A stretch of 64,000 nt of DNA from Mobula birostris (lineage: Eukaryota). The position numbers and the translations under genes were made by a program. The DNA lies in contig NC_092376.1 in NCBI RefSeq assembly GCF_030028105.1, positions 170,839,613 through 170,903,612 of the forward strand, read 5' to 3'. Below the pieces are notes generated by a model, which was not told the origin of the DNA, did no database searches, and saw nothing but the letters and a program-made list of their open reading frames with translations. Numbering within the stretch: the first letter of the stretch is position 1; the number at the start of each line of letters is the position of its first letter. Shown piece after piece: positions 48,501 to 57,100 of this stretch.

Positions 48501-50788
48501 GTTTGAGTTACTGTTGCCTTCCTGTCAGCCTGAACCAGTCTGGCCATTCTCCTCTGCTCTCTCTCTTTAACAAGTCATTTTTGACCACAGAACTACAGCT
48601 CAGTGATTTTTTTTTGTTTTTCACACCATTTTCTAACCTCTAGAGTAGTGGTCACCAAACAGTCGATCGCGATCGACCGGTCGATCTTTGAGACTTTCCC
48701 AGTAGATCCTGAAAAAAATCAAAAATAAATAGCATTATAAAATGAGTAATACTAATTCGAATAATAGTAATATAGGAATACTTTCGCTACTGAAAGCTGT
48801 TTGTAAAGAGAGATTGTTTCCAGGTTGCGGGTTTTTAGTTCCGTTATTTCTGCCCAATGCGCATGTGTGTAGCTCCCCCGCCACGCACCGCGTCTTCAGC
48901 ATAGCTTGTGCTGCATCAAAGTGACCAATTAGATTAGATAAGATTACAGAATGTCGCAAACATCAATATATGGCACTTGCTCGTGATATCCTGATAGCAT
49001 GGCGGAGGCTCCACGAAAGAAAGCGAAAACGTACAAATTCCATCCAGAATGGGAAGAGGAATTTCTATGTACCTTGGCGAAAGACAATTGTGTATGTATG
49101 TTGTGCCACCAAACACAAGCACTGACTAAAAGAGGGAATCTGGAGCGGCACCACAACACCAACCACCAGAAGCTTAAAGACACCTACCCCGCAAAGAGTG
49201 CAATTCGTGCTAGGAAAGTTAAGGAGCTGAAATCTTGGTTGAAGGCCCAGCAATCGTTTTCACAAAATGTGCTGCTCAAAATAAGGCTGCTATTGAAGCA
49301 TCATTTCGTGTAAGTCACCTTTTGGCTAAACACTAGAAGCCTTTTACAGATGGCGATTTATTCAAGGAAGCAATGGCCATTACCGCAGAGACTGTTATTA
49401 CTGACTTTAAAAACAAAAGCGACATCACAACCGCAATACATAATATACCGCTTGGCCCTGCAACAGTGACAAGGAGGGCAGAGTCACTGTCAGAGTTCGT
49501 GGATTGACTTGTCACTCGGTGAATATTTTTCACTCCAGTTCAATGAATCCCTGGATGTAATGCAAACAGCTCAGCTTGTTGTATTTGTCAGAATGGCTTT
49601 CCAGGATTTTATAACAAAGGAGGACTTGCTCACTCCTTTGCAATTAAAGGGGAGAACGAGAGGTGAGGAGGATATTTACAATGAGTTTAAAAAATATGTC
49701 CGTGAAAATGACATTCTCATTCATAAACTTGTGGCAATTACAACTGATGGGTGTGCATGGTGGTTTTATAGCACTAAAAATCAGTGCCTACTTTGGGTCA
49801 ACTTATCTATGTGAAATTGCATTTTCACAGATGAAAATTATTAAATCTAAGTCCAGGAGCTGTCTTACTGACAGACACCTCACAGACTGTCTCAGACTAG
49901 CTGTCTGTAGTTATGAGCTAAATTTCAGGGAACTAGCAGAAAGTATTCGGCCCCGGTCATCACACTGAGTGCAACAGTCAATTTTTACTCATTTATTTTT
50001 CGTGTTGAAATAAAATTAAATAATGAAACTTAGAATTAAAGGTGTGAAGTATTGTAATATTCTTAAAAAAGACAGCTATGGCCTGTTTGATATGCTAGTT
50101 ACAGTATTTTCTTCTTTGAATTAATTTGAAAGTCTGACAAATGTATTTTATGTAATTCAAATACAATTAGCCCAAATAAAAGGCCTCAGATTGGAAGTAC
50201 AATCTGAGCTGTTTTCTCTCTGAACGGTTTAGTAGGTAGATCTTGCTTTTCACTAAGGTCGAAGTAGGGGATCTTGAGCTTAAAAAGGTTGCTGACCACT
50301 ACTCTAGAGACTGTTGTGTGTGATAATCCCTGGAGATCAGAAGTTTCTGAGATACTCAAATCAATGGTACAGCACCAATATTCCACAGTCAAAGTCACTT
50401 AGATCACATTTCTTCCCCATTCTGAACAACAACAAATGAACCACTTGACCATGTCTGCATGCTTTCATACATTTGATGGGAATGAAGGGTTATGGGGAAA
50501 AGGCAGGTAGGTGGAGATGAGTCCATGGTCAAATCAGTTATGATCTTATTGATTGGCAGAGCAGGCTCAATGGGACAGATGGCCTACTCCTGCTCCTATT
50601 TCTTATGTTCTTATTGTGTTGCTGCAACATGATTGGCTGATTAGATATTTGCATTAATGAGCCGATATACTGTACCTAATAATGTGGTCACTGGGTATAA
50701 CTGGTTTTTCTTTCTCCTTCAGAACCTGCCTTCAAATGACAATGTCTCATCTGTTATCTATGCACAGATAACAAAAAAACAGAAATGA
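9226..50788 (+). CDS. IgSF receptor gene B (spliced): V-C2-V-C2-TM-cytoplasmic tail with two ITIMs; CD4/LAG-3/G6F-like architecture
   Basis: Nine GT-AG exons join in one open frame ending at TGA 50786-50788: 9226-9570, 10415-10681, 23148-23483, 24724-24993, 28701-28808, 41313-41411, 44944-44997, 47598-47641, 50723-50788. Total 1589 nt, plus a phase-1 leader. Confidence 0.85.
10415..10681 (+). CDS. Gene B D2 exon (C2-type; F-strand Cys replaced by Trp)
   Basis: Acceptor tgtttccacag|, donor |gtaagt, 267 nt. Reads SDVTLSC...SLHW...NNTVCLMV...SLYTWEVQE. Confidence 0.92.
12534..13478 (-). mobile_element. 5'-truncated Rex1/Babar-type LINE inserted in the CR1
   Basis: ORF 12689-13480 with LFTIYTSD, QKFSDGSAIVG (degenerate YADD), YKYLG and RLYFLRRLRSF-like motif. 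AATAAA plus a (CATAGT)n tail at 12541-12570. Confidence 0.8.
14050..19857 (+). mobile_element. Full-length I-group (Nimb-like) LINE with ORF1 and EN-RT-RNase H ORF2, degenerate
   Basis: 15-bp TSD agcttcagtggctgg (14035-14049 and 19858-19872) and a (GAA)n tail. ORF1 has three zinc knuckles (CARCGGEH, CCNCGGNH). EN: LQLNARSL, CIQETW, GSDHYP. RT: PQGSVVSPTLF, LADD. RNase H: FTDGSK, PAHSGIMGNETADRLAK. C-terminal CDLCQETETVEHILISC. Confidence 0.9.
17202..17834 (-). mobile_element. Short non-autonomous retroposon inserted in the Nimb RT
   Basis: 6-bp TSD ttaatg (17196-17201 and 17835-17840), (ATC)n tail, 5' end ggagaagatggc. Removing it restores the RT sequence GLLIKLYLMGIG...MFNWVKDYL. Confidence 0.75.
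22195..22735. mobile_element. Tc1/mariner-type MITE
   Basis: Inverted ends of the ...tccactttattaggtac / ...aaagtggcc type. Same family as 47756-50697 and 51523-52107. Confidence 0.6.
23148..23483 (+). CDS. Gene B D3 exon (V-type)
   Basis: Acceptor tgtcttgcag|, donor |gtagga, 336 nt. Reads ELKLIC...KWTW...GNFRLRIVPVQFEDAGVYTCSLG, with the canonical DxGxYxC motif. Confidence 0.93.
23610..24492 (-). mobile_element. CR1 3' fragment in the D3-D4 intron of gene B
   Basis: catagaaacatagaaa tail. RT C-terminus LEYCAQFWLPHYRKDVETIERVQRRFTRML. Confidence 0.9.
24724..24993 (+). CDS. Gene B D4 exon (C2-type, WxC motif)
   Basis: Acceptor tgtttccacag|, donor |gtaagt, 270 nt. Reads VTAEPPDAVTEGDTVTLSC...LVW...RKWTCVLI. 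Confidence 0.93.
25545..26270 (-). mobile_element. Rex1-type LINE 3' fragment
   Basis: ORF 25691-26209 with KNKELVVDYR, FKFLSVHI and QQRLFHLRQLRKF. (AATTG)n tail. Confidence 0.8.
27269..28471 (-). mobile_element. Solo LTR, 1203 bp
   Basis: TGTCA/TGACA termini. Perfect 5-bp TSD gcctg (27264-27268 and 28472-28476). Confidence 0.9.
28701..28808 (+). CDS. Gene B transmembrane exon
   Basis: Acceptor gttttgacag|, donor |gtaagg, 108 nt, phase 1-1. Reads DYSFKHTTVVITGGPALLLIIILVMVLCLRKRKVT: uncharged hydrophobic helix followed by a basic stop-transfer stretch. Confidence 0.92.
31293..40035 (-). mobile_element. Gypsy LTR retrotransposon provirus, degenerate, with both LTRs
   Basis: Diverged direct repeats at 31293-32066 and ~39275-40035. 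Polypurine tract next to 32066. tRNA-Pro-like PBS (tggggtgcctgtccagg on the - strand) near 39255-39272. PNMA-like gag (36628-37149). RT (FKGVFSTDEFDVG, YASPI), RNase H (ILHTDANCEG) and integrase (HDDVGYLG, ITDHYTRYAQAFPTKDQ) in Gypsy order. Confidence 0.85.
37227..38603 (+). mobile_element. Solo LTR inserted in the Gypsy gag region
   Basis: TGTCA...TGACA termini. 5-bp TSD atcaa/atcga (4/5 match). TATA-like tataag near 37358. Confidence 0.85.
41313..41411 (+). CDS. Gene B cytoplasmic exon 1
   Basis: Acceptor ctgtctgtacag|, donor |gtaaca, 99 nt, phase 1-1. Reads GLENQRQESRRTGRNTEDDSNLDANTNEIQPIQ. Confidence 0.78.
42530..43180 (+). mobile_element. CR1 3' fragment
   Basis: WQMEFS and LVRPHLEKYAQLWSPHYRKDTETIERVQRRFTRML. 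gttttctatgtttct tail. Confidence 0.85.
43510..43765 (+). mobile_element. V-SINE (HE1-like) tRNA-derived SINE
   Basis: B-box-like gttcaaatcc followed by the conserved core tttcctccgggtgctc...ctcccacagtccaaagac. Confidence 0.7.
44944..44997 (+). CDS. Gene B cytoplasmic exon 2 (membrane-proximal ITIM IHYASI)
   Basis: Long pyrimidine tract ending tccctgcag|, donor |gtgata, 54 nt, phase 1-1. Reads DTEESIHYASICFEKNAP. Confidence 0.82.
45560..46005 (+). mobile_element. Probable Penelope-like element 3' remnant
   Basis: Degenerate EEQxxIxxLGSLxPDG-type coding end, then a pyrimidine-rich tract and the tail gatgctgcctgatctgctgggttcctccagca. Confidence 0.5.
47598..47641 (+). CDS. Gene B cytoplasmic exon 3
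   Basis: Acceptor aattatcacag|, donor |gtaagt, 44 nt, phase 1-0. Reads GERHAAPSSNQVSDT. It supplies exactly the phase change needed to read the last exon's ITIM. Confidence 0.75.
47756..50697. mobile_element. Tc1-type MITE expanded by internal insertions
   Basis: TA-flanked inverted ends (cactcaatgtccacttt / aatgtggtcactggg). The body is colinear with 51523-52107 once the inserts are removed. Confidence 0.6.
48646..50301 (+). mobile_element. Internally deleted hAT-Charlie/SPIN-like transposon (GTF2IRD2-like transposase remnants)
   Basis: TIRs tagtggtcaccaaac and ggttgctgaccacta. Perfect 8-bp TSD ctctagag (48638-48645 and 50302-50309). Fragments: BED-like CVCMLCHQ...NLERHHNTNH, LQFNESLDV, and FGSTYLCEIAFSQM. 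Confidence 0.9.
50723..50788 (+). CDS. Gene B terminal coding exon (distal ITIM VIYAQI)
   Basis: Acceptor tttctccttcag|. Phase 0 reads NLPSNDNVSSVIYAQITKKQK*. AATAAA motifs follow at 51217 and near 51273. Confidence 0.82.
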   Translation, partial: NLPSNDNVSSVIYAQITKKQK

Positions 50789-51522
50789 ACAATCTTCAGA
50801 GAACAGGAAGGAAGGGCTTGGAGTCGATATGTGGAAAGTAGTATATTTTGAAATTTTTTTTATATTTTAGGTTTGTGATGTACATTCACGAATATATTTG
50901 CCCTGATTTAACATAATTCAATCATCTCATCGTCACTTCTGACTTATAAATGAGAATCATTTCTTTAAAAACAATTTCAGCATTTTGTTTCGATTTCTAT
51001 AGATACTATGTGCGAAAGAAAGAACAGCGTCATTATGCAAGGTAGATTAAATGGTGCGGGCACGTTTGTTACCAATACAACTAGTATGAATCGTGGGCAG
51101 GTTATATTGGTGTCAGAAGCGTGGGCTGCCCTCTGCACAATCCTTAGTCTGTGTTGTCATTTATGCAAAACGACACATTTCACTTCATGTTTCAATGTTT
51201 TGATATAAATGTAACAAATAAAAGCTAGTCTGTAGTATTTCAGAACTCGTCATGATAAACAGTAATGATTTCAATAAAGCATGACAGAGTTAGATGAAAG
51301 CTCTTTGAAGGACACTAGCCTATTTGCAACAGGTCTGGCCTTTATGTATACTTATTCATTTAATCTATGCTGGTGAAAGGATAAAGCCTATTGAAAACTA
51401 AACGTAGAAGGTGGTGGCGAGCTCTATTCGTGATTCATTGAGGTCCTCCTACTGAGTGTACTCTCCATTAATGGTGAGAAAGTCAATGATTTTGACCCAA
51501 AGATAATGGAAGAATGACAATA

Positions 51523-52107
51523 TACACTCAGTCACCACTTTATTAGGTACCTCCTGTGCTAAATAAAGTGGTCACTGAGTGTATGTTTGTGGTCTTCTGC
51601 TGCTGAAACCCATCCATTTCAAGGTTTGATGTGTTGTGCGTTCAGAGATGCTCTTCTGCTCACCACTGTTGTAAGGTGTGGTTATTTAAGTTATTGTCAC
51701 TTCTTTGATAAATATAGCTTGAAGTTTGTCAACTTGAACTAACTTGACCATTCTCCACTGACCTCTCTCATTAACGAGGTGTATTCATCCACAGAACTGG
51801 CAGCTACGGGATGTTTTTATTTTGCCTTTTGTGCCATGCCTTGTAAGCTCTAGAGACTGATGTGCATGAAATTCCCAGGAAATCAGCAGATTCTGAGATG
51901 CTCAAACCAACGGGTCTGGCACCAACAATCATCCCATGGTCAAAGTCACTTAGATCAAATTTCTTCCCCATCCTCTGTTTGGTGTCAACAACAATTAAAC
52001 CTCTTGACCATGTCTGCACTGAGTTGCTGCCACATGACTGGCAGATTAGATATTTGTGTTGATGAGCAGGTGTACAGGTATACCTATTAAAGTGGCCACT
52101 GAATGTG
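51523..52107. mobile_element. Tc1/mariner-type MITE
   Basis: TA-flanked inverted ends (tacactcagtcaccactttattaggtac / aaagtggccactgaatgtg). Internal remnant MGKKFDLSDFDHGMIVGARPVGLSISESADFLGIS resembles a Tc1 transposase N-terminus. Confidence 0.7.
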
Positions 52108-54190
52108 TTTCCACATTAGGATTCAAAGTGACTTGGAGGGCAACTTACATGGGGAGAAGACACGATATGCCTGCAGCCCTTGGTGGTTGGTGCAGCATGT
52201 TTAAAAGTCACTGACAAAGTGTGTTTATTGAGTAATTACAGTACATTTTGTGGAGGCAACCAATGGAGTCCTCTTGATGAATAGTCAGATTAATTGTGTG
52301 GGAAACAAATGGAATTTACAAGCAGAAGACAGGGAGGCGTGATTTCTATAGAAGCATAAACTAATGTGTATTCAAGAGACCATGATCCCGACTAAGCTGA
52401 CAACTCAGAGTGTGCTTATATTTAATTTAAAGATTGACATGATAGTTTATCATTTCAAAGCACAGGATAAAATTTGCATGTAAAAAGTATTTTTATTTCT
52501 GGAAGCTAACAGCAATAGATTTGCTCCATGCCTGCAAAGGTCCCTCACTCTCTACAAGGTTTGCATTATTGAGAAGGAATGCAGACCAAATCAACATGAG
52601 AGTTTTCTGCTGATCATGAGAGTGAAAAGGCCATTCTGTATGAAGTTAGAGGCTCATATGGATTCACAACAGCTTTGGCAAGGTTTGCATACCATTGCTT
52701 CCTATAAGGTAAACCATAACAGCATAAACATTGCAGTGATTCTTCACTCCCCAGTGAGCACAACACATTTTATACATGCATTGAAATGGAAAACAAAACT
52801 ACACTTGGGCAACTCCCATGGCAGCTGGTAATCCTGTGATCTCAGTCTCACTAAATCCATAAGTAGAATAATAATTGTAAAAGTATCAGTGAAAAACCAC
52901 ACCAACTTAGGCATTCAACCAGTTTACAGAAGACAAAAACTGTTCAAAAAGGAAGTAATAATAAATAAAGAAAGAAATAAACAATAAATATTGAGAACAT
53001 GAGATGAAGAGTCCTTGAAAGTGAGTTGATTGGTTGTGGACACTTTTCAATGATGGGGCAAGTGAAGTTAAGTGAAGTTATCCCCTTTGGTTTAAGAGCC
53101 TAAGCCAGATTCTGTGTTGATTCTGAATTGGAAAAATTCTCACAAGTAAATAGAGTAAATGATGGAAATCACTGGTAGGCAGTCTCAATGGAAGAAAGAG
53201 ATGCAGAAATGTATCTCCACGGCCACTGACTATCATGTTGAATATTCCTAGCATTCTCATTTTTTTCAGACTTTCATCACCTGCACTGTTTTATTTCTGG
53301 ATGCTTGTTTCACTCAGTATGAGCTGTTGGAAGACTGCAGAATGACCAGCAGGGCCTGATCCACACAGGAGCAAACAATAATCAACATAAGATGTTTCTT
53401 GTCCAGAGAAAAGAGCTAGTTTGCATCTCAATGGGCTTGTTTGGCCAGAATACCCTGTTATCATCTGTACCTCTGGAGGGATGGATGGATGGATGATAGA
53501 TCAAACCTATTAATCCTCAGGAGGCTTCAAAGCCAATAATTTATTTGATAAGTGCTAAAACTTGTTGATTATTGTGGACGATGTAATTGCTCATTTGCCT
53601 ACTGTGAAATCCCATGCCCAACATTTTGGTTTTGCTATGAAATGAAAGCAGATCTATGAATATGAAAATATCAATGTTTCTGCACTCACGGGCTGACAAG
53701 TTTGCACTTCTGGATGTGGCAGTTCAGAAGATCCTGATAAATGTTCAGCCGATATTCTCTGTCTGCAGTCTGATGCTGGACTCCTCCTGGTGATGTGGAA
53801 AACTGCAGCAAATCTCCAACATTTAGGGTGGGAAACCACAGGCACAGTGAACACCAGGAACAGACAAGGACACAAGAGATTGCAGGTGCTGGCAGAAGAA
53901 GAAAGAAGAAATAAGAATGAAGAAGGAAGAACAGGAAATAATGTGAAATTACATTTCTGAGAACCTCTTGCACTTTCTTTCAATGCCAACAATAGAATAC
54001 AGGACATCAGGTTCAATTATTTTCTGGCTCTGTATCAATTTTTAAAATCTGGGCACCATGAAGAAAATTTTACCTCAGGATTTCCTCAGACTCATTCCAC
54101 TCTCTCTAGGTCCTTCCCCTTCCCCTTTGGTTTACTTTTGTGAGTGCTTCATCGTCCAAAAATAACCCTTTTCACAATAAGAATCAGATC

Positions 54191-57100
54191 AAGATTCTGC
54201 AGAGAGCGCTCATGGAGTGAGGTCGCTTCTGGCTTTGCTCCATTCCCATTATCTTTTTTTTAACCTATGATCTTCCTTATTTAATCAATTTTTACCCACA
54301 CCAGAAGATTTATTTCATCTTATTGATTTTTTCTTGAATTGCAACCCTGGAATCTAAAGAAATAAGTACAAGATCCAAAGCCAAAGACGGGAAAGATTCC
54401 GACGGGAATGGAGGAAAAAGAAAAGGTGACTCTAAACAAACAGAGCTACCCTATGATGCTATGATGAAGTTTCTAGAGGAAAAGTTCGAGGAACAACATC
54501 AAAATCTATCTGAAAGTTTATCTGATAAATTTGAGCAACAACATCAAAGTCTTAATGAAGATTTAAAATCCATCAGGGAAACTCTGAAATCCCTGGATTG
54601 TGAAGTTCAAAAACATCTCTGAACTGGATATTAAATCTCAGAAGACAAATTCAAAAGTTGAGAACTTGGAGCAGAATTTAGCTTCGACCATCAAACAATT
54701 GCAACATTTTAAATCCAAAGTCATCGATCGAGAAGACAGAACTTACGTATAATTGCTCTACCCGAGGATGTTGAGGATGGAGACCCTTCAATATTCTTTG
54801 CTCAACTTTTAAAGGATACGTTCAGCTCAGTTTTTCCTAATGAGCCTCTATTGCTTGACCACACCCATCGTATATCGTGGCCAAAGCCGGCATCCGCCGA
54901 ATCAAAACCGTGACCAATTATTCTTTGTTTCCATTACGTTAATGTTAAAGAACAGCTTCTCCAGATTGCTTGTCGGCAAGGGATGATTAATTATCATCAG
55001 CATTCCTTCAGAATAGTTCAAGATTACAGTCCTGAAGTGATGAAAGAGTGACTGACTTTTAAACCTATGATGACGGAATGTTATCAAAAAAATCTCAAAC
55101 CGGTATTATTGTACCCTGCACACCTAAGAATTTCTCTTCCTGATGGATCTCGTCGTGTCTTCCATTCCACAAAGGCTGCTCGAAGCTTTTTGGATGACAA
55201 CTGCCCTTCTGATACGGACACCGCCCTTTAATTAATTGTGCTCGCAGTATCAGCTTTTTTTTCTGGTGTTTTTTTTTTAAAAAATAAACTTTCTACTACC
55301 GTACAATGAAGGTTTTTTATAAGCTCAAGATTTTTGTTTTGTGCTTAGTACTATAGTTAGTATTTTACAACTTATATAAAACAGTCTTTTCTCACGAATA
55401 ATGTTACTTTCTCTTAGTTAATTTTTTTAACTATTTGATTTCAGATATTATCACTAGCGATTTGATCTGATGATCATTTTTAGTTATATGTTCTTAACTT
55501 TTGCTTCTGTATAATTAAAATGGTGGTTCGTTTTTCTTTTTGCATAATCTCCTTTGTTCTTTTTGGGTACGCCATGTTCTTACGTCTCTTCTTCCCATAA
55601 TCCCCTTTCTTTTTTCCAAAGCGATATTTTATTCACTTTCATTTATAATTAACTAATCATACATACTGATACTAACTTTTTCTTATTTATGTATTTTAGA
55701 AATTATACTATGTGGATTATTGTAGTATAGTGTTTAATTTTTCTATATCAGTTTTTGGGGGGTCATCTATATAACATATATCTTTGGAGCTGCCTCCTGC
55801 AGAAATGGGGTTAGACTTAGTCTTAGTTAGTTCTTTCTTCAGCCTTCTCTGGTTTAGTTCGGGGTTCTTAGGGACAGAGGGTGGGGGAGTTCTTTTCTTT
55901 TTTAATTTTTTCTAATGGGTCGATTTAGTACTACAAAGATGTCTGTAGTGTTGAGATTTCCGGTTCCTCACTGATCATGTATTCCTCTTCCGATTTCATG
56001 AGTTCACATTATGGTTAACCCTTTACATACCAAAGGGTTAATGCTAAATTATGGCTCACATTATTAATTTTGTCTCTTGGAATACAAATGGTTTAAACCA
56101 TCCAATAAAATGGAAAAAGATTTTCAAAGTATTCCAAAGACTGAATGCTCATATTATTTTTGCACAAGAAGCTTATGTAAGGAAAGAGGATAATCAATGC
56201 TTCTTTAAGTTCTGGAAGGAAAAACAATTCCACTCAAACTCCCAAGCCAAAGTTAAAGGTGTTTCAATTTTTATAGATCCCTCAATTACATTTATTCATC
56301 AAGACATTATCTCAGATCCTAATGGTAGATTTTTGTTAATTACTGGGTTACTTTTTAATAAAAAGGTTGCTATGGTTAATGTTTATGCTCCGAATGTGGA
56401 TCACCCTGAATTTTTTAAGCACATATTCACCTCCTTTCCTAACTTAAACGAGTATATGTTGATAATGGGCGGTGACTTTAATTTATGTTTGAATCGTATG
56501 TTGGACAGATCCATCGGTAGTCAGACTTTACTAAATAAGTCGGCTACTCTTATTAACTCTTTTATGATTGATTCTGGGATTTCAGAGATTTGGAGATTTC
56601 TACACCCGAAGGACAAAGAATTCTCATTCTTTTCACATGTTTATCATTCTTATTCTTGAATTGACTATTTTTTTTATTGACTCTCGATTAATCCCATCTG
56701 TAATTGACTGTAATTATGACATTATCGCCATTTCAGATCATGCTTCAATGAAACTTTCTCTCAACTTAATGGATACTTCTTCTACTAATAGACAATGGCA
56801 ATTTAGCCCTGTTTTGCTTCAAGACTTGGACTTTGTTAAGTTTATGAAGGGACAGATTGATTTCTTTTTTTTCAATTAATACTACGGAAGAAGTTTCCAA
56901 TGGAACAATATAGGATGCTTTTAAAGCTTATATCCATGGTCAGATTATTTCCTATTCGGCTGGTTTGAAAAAACGTACTAAGAATGAAATACTCTTGTTG
57001 GTTGATAAAATTAAAGAAATTGATTTAAAAAAATACACTATTGCTCCCAGTAAGGAGCTGTATAAACATAGAGTTGAACTTCAATTGGAACATAGTTTAC

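Noticed and set aside
48990-49968. Host GTF2IRD2/ZBED-like gene
   Set aside because: Internally deleted, frameshifted, and flanked by TIRs with the Charlie-type TSD ctctagag.
9226-50788. Assigning the symbol CD4 or LAG3 to gene B
   Set aside because: The domain order fits, but D1 is in a single exon (CD4 and LAG-3 have an intron within D1), there is no CxC/CxH-type Lck motif, the tail has two tyrosine ITIMs, and the gene is tandemly duplicated. Orthology cannot be claimed without phylogeny and synteny.
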